DNA of 64,000 nt from a candidate division FCPU426 bacterium. Its GTDB lineage: Bacteria; Oederibacteriota; PGYV01; Palsa-1178. Both the position numbers and the translations under genes were made by a program. The notes under the pieces were generated by a model that worked only from the letters and a program-made list of their open reading frames with translations, was not told the DNA's origin and made no database searches. The stretch is from assembly GCA_963840035.1 (NCBI GenBank), contig CAWIXE010000003.1:453235-517234 (forward strand), written 5' to 3'. Shown piece by piece: positions 39,845 through 49,478 of the stretch (position 1 is its first letter; each line of letters begins with the position of its first letter).

Positions 39845-39884
39845 GCCATAAAAAAAGCCCGCTTGCGCGGGCATTTTTTATGGC
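39845..39884 (-). terminator. Terminator after tRNA-Asp; stem extends into the tRNA 3' GCCA
   Basis: gccataaaaaaagcccgc-ttgc-gcgggcattttttatggc. Confidence 0.8.
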
Positions 39885-39957
39885 GGGAGTGGCGAGACTC
39901 GAACTCGTGGCCTCCTGCGTGACAGGCAGGCGCTCTAACCAACTGAGCTACACCCCC
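39881..39957 (-). tRNA. tRNA-Asp(GTC)
   Basis: gggggtgtagctcagttggttagagcgcctgcctGTCacgcaggaggccacgagttcgagtctcgccactcccgCCA cloverleaf. Confidence 0.97.
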
Positions 39958-40136
39958 ACCAAACATATAAGGATGAGGAGGAAGTGTGAGGAGGAAGGCG
40001 CCCTTGCGGGACTTACTCCCGAACTCTTGATCCTTACCTTGTTATCCTGGTGTTGTATGAACATTTAAAACTTCACTATATTACTATGTTTATTGCTTTA
40101 TTTCAAGGGATAAATCATCTGTTTTACACTAAAAAA

Positions 40137-40213
40137 TGGTGGGTGCTGAGGGACTCGAACCCCCGACCCTCTGCTTGTAAGGCAGATGCTCTAACCAACT
40201 GAGCTAAGCACCC
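40137..40213 (-). tRNA. tRNA-Val(TAC)
   Basis: gggtgcttagctcagttggttagagcatctgcctTACaagcagagggtc...gttcgagtccctcagcacccaCCA. Confidence 0.97.
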
Positions 40214-40281
40214 GTTGCAAGTGAAACGGCAATCATTTATCAATGGTTTATCTTCATCTGTGCTTGCCGATTACTATCGGC
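40206..40281 (-). other. 76-nt structured element related to the tRNA-Gly D-loop insert, overlapping the tRNA-Val 5' end
   Basis: gccgat-agta-atcggc-aagcac...gcaacgg-gtgctt; 12-bp direct repeat at 40207-40218 and 40283-40294. Confidence 0.65.
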
Positions 40282-40475
40282 CAGCACCCGTTGCCGGTTT
40301 CGGTATATTAGAAACGGTATATAAATTAACTTAATATGGGCTAATTGTCAATTAGTATTTTATAGGTACAGGTATTGGAAATGGACGCTTTTCAAATCAC
40401 ATGGACATCAAACACGGTTATTTGTAGGCACGAAAAGGATTTTTGAGCTGATACGCTTTAAGCCATGACTGCCGG

Positions 40476-41864
40476 TTACCTTGTGTAAAATAATGACAGG
40501 CCCCAGTCATAATAGAGCCCGGAACCGGCTACCGCTCTGGAAAGAATTAAAGCCTTGCCGCCGTCTGATGACACGAACACAAATTTACCCTGCGCCTGAT
40601 AGGAGGCTCCATTAATGAATGGCGCTATGGGGATGGTCTTTTGTAATGCGTAAAAAGTATTGTTATAGCAGTATACATTGGCGGTGTTGTTAACGGCATA
40701 TGTGTAGCCGGCGGCCGTGGAGTGATCCACCCACTCTGCCGCTGTAACCCCGGATAGGCTGCCAAAATAGGTCATGTCATTTGACTGGGATTCTGTGGCT
40801 CTGAAAATATTGCCGCTTCTTGCAAAAAGCGCAAGTCCGTCATCGGATATCCATATGTTGCCGCTAAAGGCATAAGTCCCATGGTACGGTGAATCATACA
40901 TGTATGCGGCAGTGCCCGGCTGGATATTATACTTCTCAAAATCGCTGGGGCTTAACCCGTTATTCGCGCCATAGATATATTTCCCCGATGGATGAAGTTT
41001 TGCCCTTGTTTCGTCATATATAGAATTGCCTGTATGAAGGGTCTCTAAACCGGTGGAAATGTTGATGCATCTGATCTGCTCCCACTGATCTCGCAGGGGG
41101 AAGACGTATATGAAGCCGTTGCCTGCAAGCACGATGTCAAAGGCCTCGCATGTGACTTGGAACGTCTGTTCCACTGTAAGCGTGTCCAGGTTGACGTATG
41201 ATATCCATCCGTTATGGCCGACCGCGGCGTGTGTGCCGTCCGGCCCGATGCTGACCGACATGGGGGTAAGCGGCAGTGATATGTCGCTCTGATAGAGCGT
41301 TGAGGCCGGGATTATATGGATCATGGGCGGCGCGTCCGATATTGTTATTATCCTGTCCTTTGACCTGTCATATTCGGCGTCCAGTACGAGATGATTCAGT
41401 ATCCTCTGGTACGGGGTCGGCGTGACCGTAAATGTATTGGTAATTGAGAACGTGGGCGATATCGTGGAAGTCGCGGTAAATGTAGGGCTTTCGGAATATG
41501 TGCAGGTTATGGTGTGTGTGGAAGTGACGGTAAATGTGCTGGTAATGGTTTTGGTGGCGGTAAATGTGCCGGTTGCTGTCATGGTATAAGACGGGGTTTT
41601 CGAGGAGGAGGGTGTAAATGTCATGGTGGTAGAAGGGGTAAAAGAAAGAGTCGATTGGAGAGTAGAAGTAAAAGTGGCGGTCGGCGAAGCAGTGTTCAAA
41701 GGCAACGGAGTATTCGTCCCGGTAGGGGTGAAAAAAACCGGCTGAGCTGTAAAGGTGGAAGTAACGGGCGGAGCCATGGGAAATGTAGGATATGAGGCCC
41801 TTTTGCACGAGAACGTGATGGCTGCAAAAACTAATATAGAGATAATAATGGTGGTTTTTTTCAA
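40476..41864 (-). CDS. Lipoprotein with Thr-rich linker and C-terminal beta-propeller-like domain
   Basis: Signal ending ITFSC; long T-x-T repeats; PDGTHAAV, HPSGKYIY and SDDG motifs; TTG start with RBS ggagg. Confidence 0.75.
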   Translation of the reverse strand: MKKTTIIISILVFAAITFSCKRASYPTFPMAPPVTSTFTAQPVFFTPTGTNTPLPLNTASPTATFTSTLQSTLSFTPSTTMTFTPSSSKTPSYTMTATGTFTATKTITSTFTVTSTHTITCTYSESPTFTATSTISPTFSITNTFTVTPTPYQRILNHLVLDAEYDRSKDRIITISDAPPMIHIIPASTLYQSDISLPLTPMSVSIGPDGTHAAVGHNGWISYVNLDTLTVEQTFQVTCEAFDIVLAGNGFIYVFPLRDQWEQIRCINISTGLETLHTGNSIYDETRAKLHPSGKYIYGANNGLSPSDFEKYNIQPGTAAYMYDSPYHGTYAFSGNIWISDDGLALFARSGNIFRATESQSNDMTYFGSLSGVTAAEWVDHSTAAGYTYAVNNTANVYCYNNTFYALQKTIPIAPFINGASYQAQGKFVFVSSDGGKALILSRAVAGSGLYYDWGLSLFYTR

Positions 41865-42029
41865 TTGAGCATACCTCCCTAAGGTCGCTGGTTGTATTAT
41901 AGCACCACGGATTTGATAAAATCAAGCATTAATGTATTTAAATCGCTGCGGTTTTTTGTTATAATTATGACTGGGTAATAAGGGATGAGAATTCATAAAA
42001 GCACATAACCACAGCGTAGGGAGGGAATT

Positions 42030-42647
42030 ATGTCATATTTAATCAGCCGTAATACAGGCCGGTCAAGCACAACCATAGTTTCATTTTTTGTCATATTGGT
42101 CATGATTTCGATATTATATGTCTGTGAACCTGCGTTTGCCGGGAGCAGGGAAGATTTTAACGCTGCGTACAGGGAAGGTGATTTTCGCGCGGCTGCTGTT
42201 TACCTGAGGGAGGCCATGGATAAAGGCGAGATCCCTGATACGGAACAATGGCGTTTATACCTGAAAGCGCTGGAAAAAAAGTCCGTGGCTGCAAATACCC
42301 CGAAACAGCAGGCAGGGCTGACTTCCGGCGCGTGGGTGCTCCTGGGGACAGACGCCATTTTGTCCGGACTGGCTGTGTGGTCGGTTGTTTTGGAGCGGAA
42401 CATGGCTGATGACTATGAGGCGCTAAAATCCAGTGTTGATAATACAACGGAGGCCAATTACTGGAGGCTTCTGTATGAAAAAGAAAAGGTTTCTGCTGCC
42501 GAGGAAAAGGTTGTGTTCGCCTGCACGGCAGCGGGCGTGGCAGTCCTTTACACTCTGCTGGATGCGTTATGGCTGCACAGCACTTTCCCAGTGAGCATAA
42601 GTCCTTCGGGAGACGGTGTGAAAGCCCTGGTTAACAATCCTTTTTAG
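42030..42647 (+). CDS. Hypothetical exported/membrane protein
   Basis: RBS ggag; N-terminal hydrophobic segment and two further TM-like segments. Confidence 0.6.
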   Translation: MSYLISRNTGRSSTTIVSFFVILVMISILYVCEPAFAGSREDFNAAYREGDFRAAAVYLREAMDKGEIPDTEQWRLYLKALEKKSVAANTPKQQAGLTSGAWVLLGTDAILSGLAVWSVVLERNMADDYEALKSSVDNTTEANYWRLLYEKEKVSAAEEKVVFACTAAGVAVLYTLLDALWLHSTFPVSISPSGDGVKALVNNPF

Positions 42648-42793
42648 CAGTTTAACTCAGGACGCTTACCAATTCCGTAAACCGTGACAATCCTTTTAAA
42701 AAAATGATACAGGTATATCCATTAAGACCTGATAACTATAGTGGCTATCAAAGCGGGTTTATAAAAGACAATGACCGGTCATGAGGAGGAATT

Positions 42794-43741
42794 TTGAAAA
42801 AGGTTGTCTTTGTGTTTTTTGCGGTCAGCCTGGCGTGTTTTACGGCATGTCAGGATCGTATGGCAGGCACTGGGTGGACCCAGGCAATTAAGAACGCGGG
42901 GTTCGGCGCAAGGGAGATAATCGGCAATCCTGTCGTATTTAAAGGGCGGATGTGGCTCATAGCCGGCACTAACGCCACTGTGGTTTTTAATGATGTTTGG
43001 AGCTCTAAAGACGGCGTGACGTGGGAGCAGGTTACGGCTTCTGCCGGGTTTTGCGGCAGGTCGGCTCCGGGGACGCTTGTGTTTAAGGATAAGATATGGG
43101 TCATAGCAGGATGGAACGGGCGGGGGTTGGATTTAAATGATGTTTGGAATTCCTCTGATGGCGTTTCATGGACACAGGTGACGGCTAACGCGGGGTTCAG
43201 CCCGCGGGATGCTTTTGGGAGCGTCGTATACAAGGGCAAGATGTGGGTGCTCGGCGGGTATAATAAGGGATTTTGTACCAATGATGTGTGGAATTCCAGC
43301 GACGGGATAACGTGGACTTTAGTGACACCTTCGGCACCATTTGGCCCGAGAATGGGCGCGGGGTGTTTTGTTTATAAAGGGAAGATGTGGATTATCGGCG
43401 GAGGTAATTATAATGACCTCGATTTTTATGACGATGTATGGAGCTCGGAAGACGGAAAGACATGGACTCAGGTTGCGGGCCCTGCCGCGTTCGGGAAAAG
43501 AGTGGAGTTTGGAAGCGTTGTATTTGACAATAAAATATGGGTTATAGGCGGCATGGACCTTGCGGCGAGGTACTATAATGATGTCTGGTGTTCGACAGAC
43601 GGAAAGACGTGGACGAACATTAAAGCTGCCGGGTTTTCGCCCAGGATTTGCTTCGCGGTTTTTTCTTTTAAAGGAAACATTTGGGCCGCAGGAGGATTTG
43701 ACGGGATGAATCTTTTAAATGATGTGTGGCGCGCGCGGTGA
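42794..43741 (+). CDS. Kelch-like repeat lipoprotein
   Basis: Lipobox FTAC; six repeats of VFKxKxWxIGG...NDVWxSxDGxTW. Confidence 0.85.
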   Translation: MKKVVFVFFAVSLACFTACQDRMAGTGWTQAIKNAGFGAREIIGNPVVFKGRMWLIAGTNATVVFNDVWSSKDGVTWEQVTASAGFCGRSAPGTLVFKDKIWVIAGWNGRGLDLNDVWNSSDGVSWTQVTANAGFSPRDAFGSVVYKGKMWVLGGYNKGFCTNDVWNSSDGITWTLVTPSAPFGPRMGAGCFVYKGKMWIIGGGNYNDLDFYDDVWSSEDGKTWTQVAGPAAFGKRVEFGSVVFDNKIWVIGGMDLAARYYNDVWCSTDGKTWTNIKAAGFSPRICFAVFSFKGNIWAAGGFDGMNLLNDVWRAR

Positions 43742-43791
43742 ATATTTCCCGGAATCTGCCGCAGGGACGCTACGCAAATCCATGTGGATAC

Positions 43792-43966
43792 GATACTGTC
43801 TTGAATTTTGCTTAAATTGATTTGTTTCTTTTTCCCTCTCCCATTTGGGAGCGGGTAGGGTGAGGGGAATAAGACAATTGATTTCACCTCACCCCAGCCC
43901 CTCTCTCCCCCGCAAGGGGGGACTAAAGTTAGCTAAGAGGAGAGGGGTGAAACTGTTGTCAATAGC
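43792..43966. mobile_element. Diverged copy of the ~201-bp MITE
   Basis: gatactgtcttgaatt...ccctctcccatttgggagcgggtagggtgaggggaataagacaatt...; internal insertion; no clear target duplication. Confidence 0.7.
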
Positions 43967-44016
43967 ACCAAAACCCAGGTATTCCATTAAAAATTCCGCT
44001 ATGCTATCATATATCC

Positions 44017-44934
44017 ATGACAAAAGAATTCGACGTCGTCACAGGCGCGCTTGGCTTTACAGGCAGGTATATCGCTAAGGAACTTCTTGACTCCGGCAGG
44101 GAGGTCAGGACCCTAACTAATTCCATAAACCGTGACAACCCATTCAATGACAGCCTCAGGGTTATGCCTTTCAGTTTTGACAACTTTCCGGAACTTGTAC
44201 AATCCCTGCGCGGCGCTTCGGTATTATATAATACCTACTGGGTAAGGTTTGACCATAAGGATTTTACCCACCTTAAGGCTGTTGAAAATACGGCGGTGTT
44301 GCTTAAGGCCGCGAAAGAAGCGGGGGTAAAGCGGGTTGTCCATATCAGCGTTACAAATCCATCTGAGACATCGCCTTTTCCATATTTCAGGGGGAAGGCA
44401 ATGCAGGAAAAAATAGTCGTTGAATCAGGAATTCCTTATGTCATCTTAAGGCCGGCCCTGATATTCGGGGCAGGGGATATACTGATAAATAATATAGCCT
44501 GGATGCTCCGCAGCTTTCCTGTAATGGGAATATTTGGAAAGGGTGATTATAAAGTCCGGCCTGTTTATGCGGTAGACCTGGCCAGACTGGCTGTATCAGC
44601 GGCGACACAAAAGAATAATACCGTAATTGACGCTGTCGGCCCGGAGGTTTTTACATATAAGCAGCTGGTGGAAACAATTGGCACGGCCATAGGCAGGAAG
44701 CGGCCGCTGATTTCGATACCTCCCGCGGCCGGATATTTAGCAGGACTGCTGATGGGCTCCGTGTTGGGGGATGTGGTTATTACCATGGATGAAATAAAAG
44801 GCTTAATGGCCGGAATGCTTTATGTGAATTCACAGCCTGCCGCGCATGTGAGGATGACAGACTGGATGAAGGAAAACAGCGAAACACTGGGGGTTAATTA
44901 CGCTGCGGACCTTAAAAGAAGGGTCTATAAATAG
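44017..44934 (+). CDS. NAD(P)-dependent epimerase/dehydratase (extended SDR)
   Basis: VTGALGFTG, YFRGK, LRPALIFG. Confidence 0.88.
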   Translation: MTKEFDVVTGALGFTGRYIAKELLDSGREVRTLTNSINRDNPFNDSLRVMPFSFDNFPELVQSLRGASVLYNTYWVRFDHKDFTHLKAVENTAVLLKAAKEAGVKRVVHISVTNPSETSPFPYFRGKAMQEKIVVESGIPYVILRPALIFGAGDILINNIAWMLRSFPVMGIFGKGDYKVRPVYAVDLARLAVSAATQKNNTVIDAVGPEVFTYKQLVETIGTAIGRKRPLISIPPAAGYLAGLLMGSVLGDVVITMDEIKGLMAGMLYVNSQPAAHVRMTDWMKENSETLGVNYAADLKRRVYK

Positions 44935-45025
44935 GCCGAAAGAATTACGACCTCGTATAATAAGTGCGCGCGAAGTTGATATTTGAATAAATTGGTGCTA
45001 AACTTTATATGAATGGGGGTCAAAC

Positions 45026-45586
45026 ATGAGAAAAACATTGGTTGTTATCGCTTCTGTTATTATGCTTGCAGGTTGCGCCGGCCAGGGAAATAAGGCCAAA
45101 ATCGAGGAGGTTTCAGCAATGAATATTTATGACATCACGGTAAAAGACATGAAGGACGCAGATGTTCCGCTTTCGGGTTATAAGGGAAAAGTGCTTCTAA
45201 TCGTAAATACGGCCACACACTGCGGTTTTACACCGCAATACCCGGGGCTGCAGGCATTGTACGCGAAATACAAGGACAAAGGCCTTGAAATACTTGATTT
45301 TCCATGCAATCAGTTTATGGGGCAGGCTCCGGAAGGCATGGAAGAGTATCACGAAATATGCACCACCAGGTTCGGAGTAACATTCAGGCAGTTCGCGAAG
45401 ATAGACGTGAACGGAAAGAACGAATCCCCGCTGTATACATACCTTAAGTCAATTTCCGGGGGCAGGGACATAGGCTGGAACTTTGTTAAGTTCCTTATGG
45501 ACAGGGAAGGGAAATTTGTAAAGCGCTATGACTCGGCGATCAAGCCTGAGGCCATAGATCCGGATATAGAGACGCTCTTAAAATAA
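45026..45586 (+). CDS. Glutathione peroxidase (Cys-type) with lipoprotein signal
   Basis: NTATHCGFTPQY, FPCNQF, WNFVKFL; N-terminal lipobox LAGC. Confidence 0.92.
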   Translation: MRKTLVVIASVIMLAGCAGQGNKAKIEEVSAMNIYDITVKDMKDADVPLSGYKGKVLLIVNTATHCGFTPQYPGLQALYAKYKDKGLEILDFPCNQFMGQAPEGMEEYHEICTTRFGVTFRQFAKIDVNGKNESPLYTYLKSISGGRDIGWNFVKFLMDREGKFVKRYDSAIKPEAIDPDIETLLK

Positions 45587-45622
45587 AAACACAAATTATA
45601 AATTAACCACGGGAGGCAGCGT

Positions 45623-46021
45623 GTGGCAACACTTACAGACGCAATGAAGGACATGATTTCCAAACAACAGTGTTTTGTGGCGACGACAGGAAAAGATGGA
45701 ATCCCAAACGTGGCTCCAAAGCGCTCAACCCGCGTGCTGGACGACAGCACCCTGATATTTTCAGAAGGCACGGGCGGGACGACATACAGAAACATTATGG
45801 ACGGTTCAAAGGTATCCATAGCGGTTGTAGACAGGGATACCATAGACGGATACAGGTTCGCAGGCAAGCCCGAGGTCCAGGTAAGCGGCGCGCATTATAA
45901 CAGAGCCGTGGAAATGTCGGAAAAAAATAAAATGCGCAAGCCGCTTGCGGTGGTGCTGGTCCATATAGAGGAAATCCACAGCCTTAAACCTGGACCCATG
46001 GCGGGAAAGAAGATTGCCTGA
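45623..46021 (+). CDS. Pyridoxamine 5'-phosphate oxidase-like FMN-binding protein
   Basis: FVATTGKDGIPNVAPK...TYRNI. Confidence 0.85.
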   Translation: MATLTDAMKDMISKQQCFVATTGKDGIPNVAPKRSTRVLDDSTLIFSEGTGGTTYRNIMDGSKVSIAVVDRDTIDGYRFAGKPEVQVSGAHYNRAVEMSEKNKMRKPLAVVLVHIEEIHSLKPGPMAGKKIA

Positions 46022-46080
46022 AGTCTTCGTTAAATCTGTATGTAGCTGGAATTTGTTGAGCATCAAAAAGGAGATTAATC

Positions 46081-46374
46081 ATGGCTGCTGAACATGCGTT
46101 CTTTAAGTCTGCTGCTTTTAAGCGGTATAAGAAAACAGTGGAAAAGATCGCGGGCAGGGAAAACTGGAAAGCCTCGGAAGAATTTTATGCCGGAATATAC
46201 AGGGGCTTCCTTAAATACCGCCGGGGCTATTCGAAACTTCTTCACCTCCTGTATCTGTGCATGAAAACGCAGAACAGGGGCGACAAACCCGGCTCAGCCG
46301 GGTATTTAAACAGCCTGTTAAAAACATACCTTATGATACTGAAGTCAGAAGGATTTGAAGAGGTTAAGCGGTGA
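46081..46374 (+). CDS. Hypothetical protein
   Basis: RBS aggag; overlaps the next ORF by GTGA. Confidence 0.55.
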   Translation: MAAEHAFFKSAAFKRYKKTVEKIAGRENWKASEEFYAGIYRGFLKYRRGYSKLLHLLYLCMKTQNRGDKPGSAGYLNSLLKTYLMILKSEGFEEVKR

Positions 46375-46559
46375 AATGTACTTTATGCGAAAAGGACATA
46401 GACAACTACAGCCCTGAATTCCACCGTTTTGTCATAGATGAAAAGCGTTCGGTGGAGGTATGCGGGGAGTGTGTCGATAAATTTTTTAAATGGCAGGGCA
46501 AGAAGTTCGCTGTCCTGTTTCCGACAAATGCCATGAAAAAAAGGTTTGGAAAGAAGTAA
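46371..46559 (+). CDS. Small zinc-finger-like protein
   Basis: CTLC...CGEC; RBS gagg; followed by a hairpin at 46558-46584. Confidence 0.65.
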   Translation: MKCTLCEKDIDNYSPEFHRFVIDEKRSVEVCGECVDKFFKWQGKKFAVLFPTNAMKKRFGKK

Positions 46560-46687
46560 AAAGCCGGTTTTCAGCTGGTTTTTCCTTTGTCTTTATACAC
46601 GCCGAAATGATAAAATACAAATATTGAGATTCTGACATTGATAACATATTATGCAGGGACAGAAATAATATAACCGGAAGGAGCGCT

Positions 46688-48523
46688 GTGTTTAAAAACA
46701 AATTTGCTTTCATAACAGTCTTAATCCTGGTGTTTTCGAGCCTGCCGCTAATGGCGGCTGATGCGGCAGGGGCGGTTTTCTTCGTGTCGACGCGTGACGG
46801 CAGCGAGCAGATATATGTCATGAACCCGTTGGGCGGAGGACAGACCAGGCTGACCAATAGGGCTGATTATTTCTTTTCGCGGCCTTCGCTGTCGCCTGAC
46901 GCCAGGGAAATACTTTTTTCAGGCGGGGAATATGACAATGATGAGGATAGTCCCATAAAAGATCTTTATATTATGGATGCCGGCGGAAACAGCATGCGGC
47001 GCATAACCAACGGCAAGTTTGTAAAGGACTATGGCGCGTGGTTTCCTGACGGCAAAAAAATTGTATTCTCCTCAAAAGAATCCGGCCGGTTCGGCCTATG
47101 CGTGGCCGGCAGCAATGGCGGCGAAAACACAAAACTGACAGGCGGCGATTTTGACGACATAAGCCCTGCCGTATCCCCTGACGGCGGGAGAATCGCCTTT
47201 GAAAGCAATAAGGCAGAGGAGAATGTTGAACAGGAAGAAGGGGACATGGAAGGGCAGGACAATGCCGATTATGACCCGATTATCCCTGACGGCAGGCACG
47301 TCCTTTATAACAACGATGAACAGGGAAAAATATATATTATGGACGCTGACGGAAAAAACAGGAAACGCCTGACAAATGAGACGGGCAGGCAGTCAACTCC
47401 ATTTTGGTCTGTTGACGGAAAAAAGCTCTTTTATTTCAGCGGAGATGACGGCGGCGAAATGGCCGTATGCAGGATGGACCCTGACGGGAAAAACCAGGAA
47501 GTATGGGCGCGGATATCGAACGACGCAAGGGCCGGTTCTGTGGCCTGGGTTAATGGCGGGAAAAACCTTATATTTGCCGCGGTGGAAAACGGCGGGCGCT
47601 GGCGCGAACTATACGCCATGGACGGGCAATTCAACCCGGTTTCGCCCATGACCGCTGTCGAATCAGACAATTATGACCCGTGTTTCACAGCTATAAATTA
47701 TCAAACCTCCGGATTGTGGGACCGCCTGAAACCGTTGTTTTCCGGAAAAAAGGGAAAGATAGCTTTTTTATCGGCGCGTGACGGCGGGATGAATATTTAT
47801 ACCATGGACCCTGACGGCGCATTCCAAAAAAAGCTGACAGAGTCCAATACGGCAGGCCATCCTGACTTATCGCCCGACCGGGAAAAGGTGGCATATATTG
47901 ATTACGCTCCGGCGCCGCAGATATTTATTACGAACGCTGACGGCACGGATAAAAAAACATTAACAAATGATACTGTTTATAAAGATTGCCCCAAATGGTC
48001 TCCCGACGGCAAGAAAATACTATTTAGTGGAAGCGCTGAAGGCAAACCCAGCGAGATATACGTTATAAACGCGGATGGGACAGGGATTCGAAAACTGACA
48101 AATGACAGTTTTTATGATAATGAGCCGTCATGGTCTCCTGACGGAAAAAAGATAGTTTTTGCCAGCACGCGAGGGCCAAACGGCAAGATATTTGTAATAG
48201 ACGCTGATGGAAAGAACCAAAAGCAGCTGACCTTCAGCACAGATAAGGAAAATGACGATACGCCGTGCTGGTCGCCTGACGGCAGTAAAATACTTTTTTC
48301 CAGGAATTATGTTTTCATGACAATGAATCCGGATGGGTCGGGCCAGAAGAAATTGAAATGCGAAATGACGGGCTGGGAAGGGGTTTGGTCGCCCGACGGC
48401 AGAAAAATAGCCTTCAGGCCGTCAAACGCAAATGAGTCGGTGTATGTGATGAACGCTGACGGCTCAAAACCGGCGGATATCACCAACAGCGCTCCGCAGA
48501 CCATTGAGCCTTCATGGAAATAA
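46688..48523 (+). CDS. TolB-like protein with two PD40 beta-propeller regions
   Basis: Signal peptide; many WSPDGKKI and IYVMNADG repeats. Confidence 0.88.
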   Translation: MFKNKFAFITVLILVFSSLPLMAADAAGAVFFVSTRDGSEQIYVMNPLGGGQTRLTNRADYFFSRPSLSPDAREILFSGGEYDNDEDSPIKDLYIMDAGGNSMRRITNGKFVKDYGAWFPDGKKIVFSSKESGRFGLCVAGSNGGENTKLTGGDFDDISPAVSPDGGRIAFESNKAEENVEQEEGDMEGQDNADYDPIIPDGRHVLYNNDEQGKIYIMDADGKNRKRLTNETGRQSTPFWSVDGKKLFYFSGDDGGEMAVCRMDPDGKNQEVWARISNDARAGSVAWVNGGKNLIFAAVENGGRWRELYAMDGQFNPVSPMTAVESDNYDPCFTAINYQTSGLWDRLKPLFSGKKGKIAFLSARDGGMNIYTMDPDGAFQKKLTESNTAGHPDLSPDREKVAYIDYAPAPQIFITNADGTDKKTLTNDTVYKDCPKWSPDGKKILFSGSAEGKPSEIYVINADGTGIRKLTNDSFYDNEPSWSPDGKKIVFASTRGPNGKIFVIDADGKNQKQLTFSTDKENDDTPCWSPDGSKILFSRNYVFMTMNPDGSGQKKLKCEMTGWEGVWSPDGRKIAFRPSNANESVYVMNADGSKPADITNSAPQTIEPSWK

Positions 48524-48984
48524 TCACGGCGCGCAGAAAGCATGTCCCACAGCTGGTTAAAATGTGGAAAACATTCATGGATTATCATAAAGGCATTGAT
48601 CCGTATTTCACCATAATACCCGGGGCGTTGAAATCGTACGAAAAATATCTGCTGAAATTCATGCGTCCCGGCAAAAGGACGGTACTTATAGCGGTAAATG
48701 GCGAAACCATAATGGGCGTGTGCCTGCTTGAGATTCAGGCAAACCCGCCTGTCTTTAAGCTGAAAAAAATAGGTTTTCTTGAGCAGATGTATGTTGCTGA
48801 AAAGTACCAGCGCAAAGGCGTGGGAGCCGCGCTTCTTAAGGCAGCCTTCGCGTGGTTTAAGGAAAAAGGAATGAAAAGGGTGGAACTCTATTTTCTGCCG
48901 GGAAACCCCAAGGGCTCGAATTTTTGGGTCAAAAAGTCGGGGTTTAAGACATTCAGGCATGCAGCATACAGGGAAATTAATTAA
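48514..48984 (+). CDS. GNAT family N-acetyltransferase
   Basis: MYVAEKYQRKGVGAALL...N...FW.K.GF. Confidence 0.88.
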   Translation: MEIITARRKHVPQLVKMWKTFMDYHKGIDPYFTIIPGALKSYEKYLLKFMRPGKRTVLIAVNGETIMGVCLLEIQANPPVFKLKKIGFLEQMYVAEKYQRKGVGAALLKAAFAWFKEKGMKRVELYFLPGNPKGSNFWVKKSGFKTFRHAAYREIN

Positions 48985-49015
48985 ATAATCATATTTCAAT
49001 TAAAGGAGACGCTAC

Positions 49016-49393
49016 ATGGCGCCTTTTAAAAGGAAAAGTAAGGCTGTCAGCGATTTTATCAGCAAGTACCCTGCGGATGTCCGTAAAATACTTCAAAAGG
49101 TGCGGCAGACAATACAAAAGGCGGCGCCAAAAGCGCAAGAGGTGATCAGTTACGGAATTCCTGCCTATAAAATGAATAAGGACCTGGTCTATTTTGCAGG
49201 TTTTACAAAACACATCGGGTTTTTCCCCACGTCTTCACCTGTCAGGATGTTTAAAAAAGAACTCTCTGGATACGCAACTTCAAAAGGCACGGTGCGCTTC
49301 AGCCTGGATGAGCCGATTCCATACGGGCTTATTGCGAAAATAGTCAAATTCAGGGTTAAGGAAGACTCTGCCTCAGCAGGCAAAAAATCATAA
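49016..49393 (+). CDS. DUF1801 (YdhG-like) protein
   Basis: EVISYGIPAY, KHIGFFP, SKGTVRF...PIPYGLIAKIV. Confidence 0.85.
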   Translation: MAPFKRKSKAVSDFISKYPADVRKILQKVRQTIQKAAPKAQEVISYGIPAYKMNKDLVYFAGFTKHIGFFPTSSPVRMFKKELSGYATSKGTVRFSLDEPIPYGLIAKIVKFRVKEDSASAGKKS

Positions 49394-49478
49394 TCCGTAT
49401 GAACTTATTTATGCCCGCGTCCGTCTAATGTTTGAAACAAAAAACAAACGGCGCGGCCGTATCAAAAAGGAGGAAAAG

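Noticed and set aside
45200..45240. Selenocysteine in glutathione peroxidase
   Set aside because: The active-site codon is TGC (Cys).
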